A stretch of 64,000 nucleotides of DNA, from assembly GCA_010909165.1 (NCBI GenBank), contig MU008189.1, positions 496,001 through 560,000 of the forward strand. Direction: 5' to 3'. Below, in pieces: positions 23,801-35,203 of the stretch (position 1 is its first letter; every line of letters begins with the position of its first letter). The notes beneath the pieces are model-generated. The model was not told the origin of the DNA. It saw nothing but the letters and a program-made list of their open reading frames with translations, and did no database searches. Made by a program: the position numbers and the translations under genes. This DNA is from Anthoceros angustus (Eukaryota; Plantae; Anthocerotophyta).

Positions 23801-26800
23801 ATCTCGACCTGTGCTTTTCTCCAATTTCAGGTGTGCAAAGACAGTTCAGCTACCTCGTCTTTACAAGGGCTGAAATTTGGATCAGGTCATTCTGGAGGCC
23901 ACACTGGGGGTATTCCGACATACTACCTGTCAGGGCACAAAGATGGGACCGTGCAGTTGTGGGATGCAACAATTCCTGGGTTTCACTTTGTCTGTAGCAT
24001 CCCACAGAATCTCGAGAAGGTATGTTATGCTGTGATGGCTGCATGCACATGTACAGTTTGTTCATATCTTTGTAAGGAAGCTCGCTGAGGTCTTGAATTT
24101 ATAAGTGCAAATGTTCCTGAAAAGGAGGAAGAGGAAGGTCTGGTGTACCCCCCTGTTTCGGCTCTGGATTTCTGTCCTACCTCAGGCTTACTGGTTGTTG
24201 CCCATGAGAAAGGCTTGGTGAGTGGACTTTCTGACCTGGTGGTTTGTGCATTATCGCTTTGTTTGTGACGGTCAGCTCAATTTTTTTGTTTTCTGTTGTC
24301 CACAGGTGAGATTCTACCTTCTTTCTGAGCAAAAACGGGATTACTGCAAGAGAGTCATCAAGGCTGATATGACTGTGGACGCAGGTGGTTCGATTGTCAA
24401 CTCTTTTGTCCATGATGTCTGCATGTGTACGGTTTAATCTGCCTTTGTTCATATTTGATTTGGCTCCCACAGGATCAGTGGCAAGTCATGACGCAGGCTT
24501 TCAGCTTATATCTGATGTTGTACTCCACCAATCTACAGTGACCAACATACGTCTAGCAACTGCTGTTGGTCTTGTTGCCCTGGGGGATGCCAGTGGTGTG
24601 GTAAGGCCTCCTAAGAGAATAGTATACTCTTACGTGGTCACTGTTGTGTTCTGTATTCGAGGGTCACATGTGAAATCTGCAGAATGGTGTTCACTCTCTC
24701 ATCTGCTTTGCAGGTGTCATTGGTAAACTTGAAGACTTTGTCAGTTTTGTACTTGAGCAGGCCTATGACTGTACCGCTGTCTTTGGATCTTTCAGTGGTC
24801 CCCTCTGCCCTATCTGGAACACCTTCAGGTTCTCCAAGGGGAAATGTGAACTCAACTATAGCAAGACCAGACTTTGCGGCATTTGTGGCAAATCCGAAAA
24901 CAGCAAGTTTTATCGTCAGTGAGAAACTGAGATATGAGTTTCAGCTGAGTGACTCAAAAGTGATGGCAACAAACATAAATTCATTCTTTTTAGGTGAAAT
25001 ATCTGCTTTCTCAGAAGCAGTGACGACATGTGGCTTTGTGATGTGCGTCATGATGGTGGCTTGCCTTTGTGGAGTGGAGTCTTTATGCTCACGAAGCGTG
25101 TCAATTGTGATCAATCAGATGTTTCTGGATTATGTATCTCATCCCCGGCAAGTGAGTTACCACTTCCATGGATCTCAAATCAGCCAGCAGACAAAACTGC
25201 CGGAACACCAGAAAAAGCCATGGATGCCGAACAGATTGGTGATGCCACAGGGTCGCTCCCAGCCTTGACGTCAGGAGAATCTGATGACTTTGGAGAGGCT
25301 ACTCAACAAGCTGCAGAGAGTTTGTCTGCCACTCAAAAAACTGGCACTGATCCTGGTGCAATTCTGTCTGGGCTCCATGAACCGGTGTTCTTCCTATTGT
25401 GCACAGAGAAGCAACTGGTTATGTACAACATCACAGCCATGCCATCTGTAAGGGCACAAGCAGGCTTTTAACACTACATTCTAGCTTTTACATTCGCTGC
25501 TCTCTCACATTTATTGTTGGTTTGTCCCTGGGCTGTGCAGGGAAGATTTAACTATCTGTCAAAGACGGATGTACCTGGGCCATGCATCCGGGCTTTCCCA
25601 TTGGGAGTGAAGGATGTTTTACCCCCTGGGCTTCTTCTGTTGTACCAAAGTGGAGATCTTGAGGTTCGGTATGTTATGTTTCTACCCCATATTTGTTTTC
25701 TTCTCTACAATTCAGATGTAGTATCCAGCCAACCAGGACAGAGACAAGTTGTAGCTTAAGTCTTGCAGCTTGTCAATTGAAGGTTGTCGCAGGGTCTATG
25801 AATTGGTGTTTGAGAGAACAAATCTGTTGCAGGTCATTGCCAGACCTTACAGTTGTCACAAAAACCTCAATCACTGATTGCCTGGGCTGGCAGCTGGAAG
25901 TCAATGATGCCAACTTGAAAACTTTGACTTGCACGGCTGATGGTCATCTGAGCATGGTGAGGACTGCTGTTTGGGTTGGTGCCTCCAATTTATGTGTGCT
26001 CTATGATGCTGATGTTCCTGATGAATTGTCGGCGCAGGTTATCTTTTCTGACACGGACGGCAGTGCAGAAGTGGTTCAGATGTCTGTTTTGACAAACCTT
26101 CCCTCGCAGTGAGTGACTTACCTGCACACAAGCTGGGTCATCAAAGACATGTATCGTCATGCACTAGCATAACCCATGATTGCGTGAATACAGACAGAGG
26201 TCCAGTGCAGAGCCTGAAACTCCTGAAGGATCTGGTATTGAGGCAGAGGAACGGCGGGGTAGTGGAGGTGTAAGTAGTGAGCGCAAGAAACCCAAAGTAT
26301 TCAAGGCCGTACGTCTTCTAAACTTTTCTTTGTCTGCTGGCGTGGGATTTGTATTTATGAGTTACTGTATGTATATATGTTTTCTTTGAAATGGAGGATG
26401 CCCGTGTATGTCCTGCGAGAGTCAAACTGAGCGATATTTCTTGTTTCGTTGAATGTTTCTTTGGTGCAACTTGGAGCTCATGCAGTTCAAATCTCGTTTA
26501 CGTGGCATGGCAAAGGAAGCAAAATTTGTGGTCGCCACTGTGCAGAGCAACCTCCCCAGCGAGGTTACGAAGGCGCTAAAAAAGGGCACAAAGGTTGTTA
26601 GTAGCATCGGCAACACAGTTAGCAGCAGTTTACCTACGAAGGGCTTAAGCCTTCCTAGGAAGAGCAAGATCTGGTTGAGAATGAGCGCAGAAAAACCGGT
26701 AATGCGGTCGCCTTCAGACTTACAGCTCTTGTTTCTGAAGCCTGTTGGCTCGTCAGAAGAGCTGGACATCGACGACATAGATATTGATGACGTGGGGAGT

Positions 26801-27583
26801 GATGATTTTCGTTCAACAACAGCTGTTGATGGTACACATTTCTTTTCGTGTTGAGCTCTGTCGGTAGATGTTGACTGCTCCCACCTCTGTCTTGGATGGT
26901 GCTCCTCATGATGCAATGCAAGGCCAGTGACTTACCAGATGTGCCAGTAGACTTGAGCTTGTTGCATTGTGTGGTGTCTATTTGTGACAGATCGGCGACC
27001 CAGCCCCAAAGACTTGAAGAAGAAAACTAGTTTTTTGGGAGAGAGATCTAGTATAGGAGATTCTGTGGATAAGCAAAGCATGCGAGAGGCCTCTGAGCGG
27101 TCAAAGCTGTTCGACGGTGGGTCTTCGAGCGGCGGCAGTAGCTTCACGCCCCAAGTGCGCTCAGCGGCTGAGATCAGGGCAAAGTATGGCCACCCATCTG
27201 CAAGCGTATGTTCCCGGACCCTCTAGCTATTGCTGTTAATCACGTTGTGAATCCGGCTCCTATGGTTCGTGGTTCTGATCATGTGCATGCTGTATGTGAC
27301 TGGTGTGCAGGATATCGGAGGTGCCGCTCGGGAGGCGAGACACAAGCTGGCGGAGCGTGGAGAAAGGCTTCAGGTTTGTCAGCTTGTCAGCCTCCACCCG
27401 TGGAAGCTAAAAACCTGCTCCCCGTGGCAGTGCTCGTATGGGATCGTTATAACTTTGTCTGCTTGCGTCGAACAGGCTGTCCAGGATAAAACTCAAGAAT
27501 TGGAATCTGGAGCAGCTAATTTTGCGTCGATGGCAGAGGAGCTTGCAAAGAAGATGGAAGGGAAGAAATGGTGGGAGCTTTAA
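20811..27583 (+). CDS. Tomosyn / lethal-giant-larvae-like WD40 protein with C-terminal R-SNARE-like coil, many exons
   Basis: GVPATALLLAYEPVQRLLAVGT|DGRVKLFG, ILIAY, LAVGYLNGDIGLW, YLSGHKDGTVQLWDAT, ELDIDDIDID, EIRAKYG, KLAERGERL...ELESGAANFASMAEELAKKME.KKWWEL*. Probable first exon 20811-20858 (MLNKLLPRR). Confidence 0.92.
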
Positions 27584-28279
27584 CAGGGCTGCGTTTTTTC
27601 TTTAATCTTGTTTGGCCTGAACCGAATCGTGTTGCTGTGTTTTGAGTGCTCGGTGAAACGTGGAGAACCAATCTACCATCCCGCATAGCTTTCTTATGTA
27701 CAGCTATAACAAACTGCGTCTGACTGAGACTTGTGTATCGCCGTCCGTCGAAACCTGGTGAAATGCTTGACTACATTCGTAATAGCGTTGTGGTGAATCT
27801 CTCCTGTTCCCCAGCCGTATCGGCGAGAGCGCTCCCCGACGGAGCCGATGGACCTGGGCGACAAGACAGTGACAGTACCTCTACAGCGTGGCACGCACCG
27901 GAGAGTATCCGCTGGGAGACCATGCCACGAAAACCTAGAGCTGTATCCTGGAGAGATCGACGGAACGCCAGAGCATTCACCTCCGCTACCTCCGACTTCG
28001 TGTCATCCGGCTGAGATACCTCCGCTGCTGCGTGTTCGCCATATGCGCCTCTTGAAAATCTGCTGCAGGCGTCTTCTCACGGGCATCCCCAGCCCCCTTG
28101 GCCGCGGGCATCGTCTGATCGCACTTGACCGCTTACGTGTGAGTCGTCTCCATTTCCACGGTCGCGTAACTCGGTCACAGTGACGACAATGAAAGCTAGA
28201 TCTAGGGTCTTAGGATTTAGGATTTGTACCATCACACGAAACCCTTTTGCAACTGATGGTGTTACCGAGGGAAAACCCT

Positions 28280-28373
28280 CAACCATGAAAATGACGTGCT
28301 CAGTTTTTGGAAAGGGTATAGGTATTAGAGTTTTTCATTGAAGAAAGGGTATACACAAAGGTCGTTTCTGCCC
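28280..28373. repeat. Possible orphan Mutator-like terminal inverted repeat
   Basis: Reverse complement begins GGGCAGAAACG and has two subterminal TATACCCTTTC repeats. No partner end found. Confidence 0.25.
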
Positions 28374-29069
28374 GTTCCGTTCCCCATCCGTGGCACCTCT
28401 TGCCCGCTCCTAGTCTTTGCACCCCTTCGCATTTCTCTCTTCGCCTAAAAATCCTGCCACAAGCAGCATGTCAGCAGCGGTTCGCACCCGCTGGTTTTTT
28501 GCACCTTAGCACATCCCATGTATCGCGTTTCCAAAATTCACGTGCGGTTCACACGAAGTACAAGGCTATGGTCCGTGTTGCCTCTCGAATCGCTCGTCTG
28601 ATTTAAATCACTGCCCTACTGGCAACTCCATTTGAGCTCCATTTGGACAACTCCATTTGAGCTCGGATGCGTGATCCATCACGCAGTGAGCTCACAAAGG
28701 ACCACTCGCTACACTCTTGTTGTGCACTGGTCATTCCCAAGTCCAACTGAAAGTCATGGCCAGAATGTGTGCTATGCTGCGATGCCTACCAATGCCATCC
28801 ACTACCTGTGAATATATATATATATGCATCACCGAAACTTGTCATTGTCTTATATTTCCATTGCCCTCAAAAACGACATTTCACATCACTTCATCATTCT
28901 GGCGTGCATTGTGCCCTACACTTGCCTCTTATCCATTGTGCGCTACAATTAGCATCCGATGCACATGTCACAGTTGTTGGAATAAGCTGAGAAGTAGTGG
29001 TGAGAGGTAAAGATGTTGAAGCTCACAAACACCAAGCATGCTTCGACATTGAGGAAGTTTGCCATGATG

Positions 29070-32000
29070 CACATCATTTTCGCGCTAGTACTATTAGGAT
29101 ATGCACTATTAGGATGCCATCAGAGTCTTGAGCTAAAGGAAAGCTTTGCTAGATGCTTTGTCCCAATCCCATCCCTGTGTCCTACGAAACAACTTATCAA
29201 GAGAAGTTGTATCTGTGAAAGAGGGGATCAACCGTCGGTAGTAACTAGTAGCCTGAATGAAGGACCTTACATCCGATTGAGTGGTCGGTGCTGGCCTCTT
29301 CATCAACTTCTCTATCTTTCGTGGATCAGCCTTCACTCCACTCCCATTCACCATAAATCCTAGAAGTTCCCCTCCTATTAGTCCAAACACACATTTTGCC
29401 AAATTAAGATCGAGATTGACTTTTCTTAAGCAACCAAAAACAAGTTCCAGGTGTGTGAGATGATCTTGCTTGTCCCCTTATACTGCAAAGTCATCTAGAA
29501 ACACCCTCAAGCACTTCCCTATAGTTGTCTATAGAGCTTCCACTATATATCGTTGGAAGACTGACGGTGCATTGCAAAGCCCGAAGGGCATGACCTTGTA
29601 CATAAACACCCCCCACGGGGTGACAAAGGCAGTCTTGGGCTGGTCTTCCTTAGCAATTTCCGCCTAATGGAATCCACTGTAGCCATCACAAGATGAGTAG
29701 AGCTTGTGTCCTGCCACCTCGTCCAGAAACTCATTTGTAAAAGGCAACAGATACTTATCTTTCACAATGGCTCTGTTGAGTTCCCTGAAGTCTACACATA
29801 TATGGATCTTTCCGTTCTTCTTCATGGACATGACAATATGTGACACCCACTCTGATTCTTCAACGGGCTCGATACATCCTGTTGAAAGAAGCCTCTCAAC
29901 TTCCTCCTTGATTTCTTGCATGTGTTTTGGAGATGGTCGGTGCAACTTCTGCATCTTCAGCTTCGTATATGGTGGAATGTTGATATGGAACTTGCCCAGA
30001 CATTTCCATGTAACCAGTGATGAAGATGTCATGGAATCTTGAGAACAATATCTTGTATTGCTCCAGCTCTTCTCCCTGTAGTAGAGGGCTGCAGGGAGTT
30101 TATTCAGAGTGGAAACTCAAGGGCTGGTGCATCCATTGGGCTGGTGCATATATTTGTACATCCAATGTGAAGGGGATCCGTGATTGGGCTTTGTTGGTGG
30201 TGTGAATCTGGAGAGCAAGCTCCAGGGCTCGTCAATTCTTTGGGCTCGTGCTTGCATTGGTACATGCACTGTGAAGGTGGTCTCAGCTGTTGCAAGCGGG
30301 AATGGCAGAAGGGGCTTGCATGTTTCTCACGGACGACTGATCCTTCAATTTTATGATACATGTTATCAGTGCAAGGGTAACCCACCGGTGCTAGGTCCTC
30401 TCTAAGCGCTTGGATCAACACCAGGTCGGATGTCACTGGCCTGCAGGCACCCCAGAGAACTGCACTTACTCGAGCTTTCGTGGGGGCGTGAATTCGGAGT
30501 GAATGCTGGAGGGCTGGTGCATCCATTAGCCTCGTACATACCTTCGTACATACACAGTGAAGGGGATTTGTGATTGGGATACACAGTTGGGATTTCCAAC
30601 TAGGTGTGGGCTGCGGTTTTATTGGTACATCCTCTGATGGCGAAGGCTGTGTCTTCGCACATCTGTGGCGATTGGAAGTGGGAAAACGGGCTGATCTTCT
30701 TCACGCTATATATCCGACATTCTTCTCGCTATATATCGGACGGGTGTGTCCGGAAATGGACTAGCACACTCAGGATGTTCAAGCCTGATTGTTGGCGGTA
30801 GGCTTTTGTCTGCCCACAGCTTTCGGGCTTTTTCCTCATAGCCAACTACGTTCGAGACTAGCCGGGGTGCTTTGCTTGTTATGGGTTCTAACAAGCTGGA
30901 GGGCAGCATGTCAGATCCATTGGCTACTGGGGTTGTTGTATCATTGACGGATTCCAAGGACTATTCAGAATCACAAGCTCCCTCGTCTAAGGGTGCAAGG
31001 TGCAAAAATAAAATCGAGAGATTATTCAAGTCCTTCCAAGTGGACATTAAGAAGCTACGATCAGATCTTATGGCTTCCCAGGTTGAGCTAGAGGAGGTGA
31101 AATCAGAATTTCGGGCTTTCAAGCAACATTTTGAAGACAAAATTCAATCTCAACAATTAGACATTGCTGCACTCCAAAAGAAGCTGGTTCTTGAACTTCC
31201 AATGCTATATGCAGATCTAGTCCACCACCAGCATCAAATCGCTTCCCTTAGTCGTTGCGAATTTGAGGTCCTGGGCTGCTGGGTGTGCTATGTGTATGCA
31301 GGTTCCACCCTATCCATTGTCATTTGGATGGACAGTGCGTACACCACCTTTGCATCAAAGCTGAATGCATCAGAATCAAACTCAATTTTGAGCTCTGAGT
31401 CATCTTCTTCATATATTGAGACATCCTCCTCGCTTCCAAAATCTCCAATTGATGGCAAACTACTCATGTTGACCTCTTCCGGTTTCTAGGATGGAAATTA
31501 AATTTGTTTTCATGCAAGACCGATCTCCAAGATGCCAATGTTCTAGTCATGGCTACCTTTTACCAACTTGAGCCATGGCTGCCCGAAGATGATGGCATAT
31601 GCATGCTCAGGCAGCTCAACAACATTAAAACCCATAGACATATACCCCTTCGACTACTACCTTGACATTGTCCACAATCCCCTTTATTGGAAGAGGGACA
31701 TTCGATGCATTTTTGAAGACCTTCTTACAGGCTCTCAACTTTGAATCCTGCAGCCCCAATTGGGAAAGCTACATGTCATTCAAGATGTTTGTTGAGGCTC
31801 CTCCATTCACGTCATGGACTTCCCAGTCATTGATCCAAGCTTTCACAGATGGTAGATCATTCTTTCGGAGCCATCCTCCTTTCAAATCACGGCCACCGAC
31901 ATGAATCACCATAGAAGTAGCAGAAGGCTCATCTTTCGTTTCCTCTTTCGTTTTCGCCCTGCCTTTACGAGGCTTCAGCTCTCGGATACTTAAGGCTGTA

Positions 32001-33260
32001 GTCATTTCTCGCCTTGCAGATATGACAATTCCGAAGAGCTGTCCAAAGGTCATTTTCACAGGCCTGTCTGCGATGTCTTCGACCAGAGAATACTTGAGTG
32101 TGTCCTTGGCGATGGGTGGCAACACCATTACCTTCTTCCTCCGGCGCTTGGGCTTCCCTTGTAGCAGCAGCTGGGTCTTCGGCATCCTTCATGATGACTT
32201 CAAGATCAACTACATCAACCTCGCGTCGTTGAACTTTCGGCTTCCTTCGGGTTTCTTTCTCATCGCCAAGAGGCTCTTCGTCTCGGAGCTTCTTGTCTTC
32301 TTTTGTCACAGCCAAGATACATGGGCCTGGGATGCAGCCAAAGAATACCCCTCTTACTATCTCATCCTCGGACGATTCCTCGGTTACAATGACCAGCTGT
32401 TGGTTAATATTCCGGCTGTAATCCGTGGATGAAATGTAGCACCACTTCTTTATTCTTTTCTCCTTCATAGCCAACCTTCTTGTTGAGGATGGTGGTCTTA
32501 TTGTCGTAGCTTTCAAGGGACTTAGAGTCATCTTGGTAGAGGTCGAACAGTTGGTCGTGGCAGTCTCGCATGAAGGTGGGGCTCCTGAATGACCAAGAAG
32601 GCACATCACATTCCAGACTAGTCAAGTTGATCAACATCCTTCAACTTCTCAAATCAGGCTTCGTTATTACCTTAGAGAGACTTGGGGAAGTACTTTAAAA
32701 TACTTCTTCTTCATACCCATGATCTGTGACTTCAATGCATTCTTGAATTTGAGCAAATGCTCATCGGAATCATTTGTTAGGGTACCATGAAACATAGGCA
32801 GGGCAGTAGCATCAAGGCACTCATAGGGGTTTGGAAGTCGAAAGAAAGTGCCTTGATGCTACTGCTCTGCCTATGACTTCGACATGATTACTTCTAGCTT
32901 GTCTAGACTCCTATGAATGAATGCAGGGACTTGGAATGTAGTTTCGGGTCAATTCTTGTGGGTGTTAGTAACGACTGTCAAAAAATACATCTACTACCAA
33001 TACAAGGGAAACTGAGTGAATCTGAAAGGTAGAAGCAAAATCTGTGGTGGCTCTTCTTTAGTTGTGCAGACTTGTACTGATTGCTACTTTCTCTCTCTTC
33101 GTGCTTGAATAGATTCCCTTCTCATGATGTCTACAATACACACAAAACAAAGGTTGTGGGGAGTTTGATCCGAGAGTTGAGGAGGTTTAGCAATAGGTTG
33201 CAATTAGCAAACCAAGCTCAGGCCTCAGCAATGAGTCCCGCCGAGGGTGCCAACCTGTTG
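29070..33260 (-). mobile_element. Decayed Ty3/Gypsy LTR retrotransposon (gag, protease, RT; truncated before RNase H/integrase)
   Basis: RT: KKNGKIHICVDFRELNRAIVKDKYLLPF...DGYSGFH and KCVFG....LLGF.V...G.KADPRK. Protease-like VNGGASTNIL. Gag-like remnants at 32.0-32.85 kb. Many stops and frameshifts. Confidence 0.88.
33234..33260 (-). promoter_or_regulatory. Putative PBS and 5' LTR end of the Gypsy element
   Basis: Minus strand reads CAACA-GGT-TGGCACCCTCGGCGGGACT: an LTR-type CA end followed by a TGG-initiated tRNA-complementary-like tract, upstream of gag. Confidence 0.5.
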
Positions 33261-33719
33261 GATGTCGGGGCAGCACTTGGGTCTAGCCTACTCCAAGGTT
33301 GACGTTTAAGGTTGGTGGGTCTAGACCTAACCTATAAATCTATAAAGGGGTTATGCTCTCTCTCTCATAAGACCCTTGATATGTTGTTATATCTCACACA
33401 CATGCATTCATGCAGCCCTTCAAATGATACTAAATACCAGTGATGATGGCTACCATACTAATATGTAGAACAAGGAAAGACTGGTTGATGCCTGGCTGCT
33501 CGTCCTTCAGCAAAGAGTCCTGCACGTTTACCGTCTACTTACAATGCAAAAAAGAACCACCTATGAAATCTCGAAACAAGGACTTCACGTTTGGGACACA
33601 CACACTCAATGATGATCAGATTCAAAACACTGGACTGTATGGAAAGGGAATGGCCTGGATCTACCAATCTTGTCATACAGAGACGTCCAAGTGAATAAAG
33701 ATGGGCCTGAGAATTTCCT

Positions 33720-34863
33720 TCTACTTAGTTAGGGCTTGTTCAAGTGCTGCCCCCACATCTTGGAGGCGTTCGTCTCGGGCGTGGAGGAGGGGTTTTCCCC
33801 CTAGAGCCGTCCTTGAGGTTGGCCAAGGGACTTTTATCTTCTGAGGCTAGGATCGCCTTGCCCGATGCGAAACACCTGGATACTGGGTCAGGCCAGAAGC
33901 CAGGAACCTTATACTCCCTTCCCTGAACAAGAGCGAAGTCGAGCCCCAATGGCCCCGGAAATAGAGGAGTCCCGAAGAAGGGCCAACTATGCCAGCGGTA
34001 GTGCTTCTCCAAGAGCGACTATTAAAGCCCACGCAGCCCAACCCCAGGGAGCGAAGAGAAATGGGGCACCAGCCACTTTTTCCACCACGATGCGCTTTCG
34101 CCTGCCTCACGCTTGCTCTCTCTACTTATAGCTATGGAGCCCCCCTCGATGACTCGAGGACCCACCAAGGCCGCTATCCTATAGGCGGACACTGCATTAC
34201 TACGCATGACGCCATCCGAGACGTCATGTTCTCAATGGCCAAGTAGAGCGGGTTCTGTACTTATACGGACCGCCCATACACCTTGCTCAACGACATTTCT
34301 CTCAGGGCTGATCTTTTTCTATCTCAGGGAGAATAGGTTTCTGTTGCCGATGTGGTTGTAACAGACCCCACCCGGGACTCTGTCTACGAGCATGTGATCT
34401 TTAACCCTCCTGGTTGAGCGGCGGAGGGCTGAGCGATGGCCAAGGTCCACAAGTACTCTCCTATGCAGGATGGCCATGTCATGGCATAGACTTACAAGAC
34501 GCTCTGTACATAATAAAGATGTAGGTTGTGTAGTTAGGACGGCATGATGGATGATGCCAGGGGTGCATGGTATGTATATGTATATATGACCGATGTATGC
34601 CATGTAGCATGTGGATGGATGTGTGATATGTGGCATGTGGATGCGTCATGGACGAAACGGCGACAAGTGCAGGGCAGTGGTTCTTCGGCTTTAGTAGGTA
34701 GGCCTTTTCTTTATCCCCGATCATAAAATTCTCCATGCAGTAGATAATTTTGAGGTGAGCAATCACGGGATTAGTCCCCCTTGGTGCGGTATCCTGGTTG
34801 AGTTGTTCCCCTTTTCTTTGTGGGGTAGATGAGCTTTTCCATCTCTTTCCTCATATAAAGTCT
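33720..34863 (+). mobile_element. Degenerate 5'-truncated CRE-like (RLE) non-LTR retrotransposon
   Basis: TTHDAIRDVMFSMAK*SGF...RADLF...VADVVVTDP...KY motifs. The 3' tail GGGGTAGATG..TTTTCCATCTC..ATAAAGTCT is shared with the 57.6 kb copy. Interrupted by unrelated sequence at ~34480-34680. Confidence 0.7.
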
Positions 34864-35203
34864 CCACATTCCCCTTGCGGCGGGATCACCCAGGGTATTT
34901 AGGGTTCCGGCTCGATACATGACGGGTACCGAAATGAGGGCGACGTGTAGTCATGGAAAGCAAGCAATTCATTTTACGTCGGCCAGCGTTAGCCCGCACT
35001 TGGACAGCGTGGGACAGAAGGCAGCTACGAGTTGGTCGCATGCGGAGCGCCAAGCAGGTGCCGTCAATCATACAACCTTGCGTGTACCTACCTGCATGAA
35101 TGGTGCATGGATGAATGAATGAAACATTTTAATCAGTGAAGCGAACAAGAAGCGGGAGTGACGAAACCGTCAGTCATCTCGGCAGGGATGTGGGCGTGAC
35201 GAA

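Noticed and set aside
28620-28665. Short CAACTCCATTTGAGCTC repeats and other tandem repeats as a CRISPR-like array
   Set aside because: Two copies only, no unique spacers, eukaryotic context.
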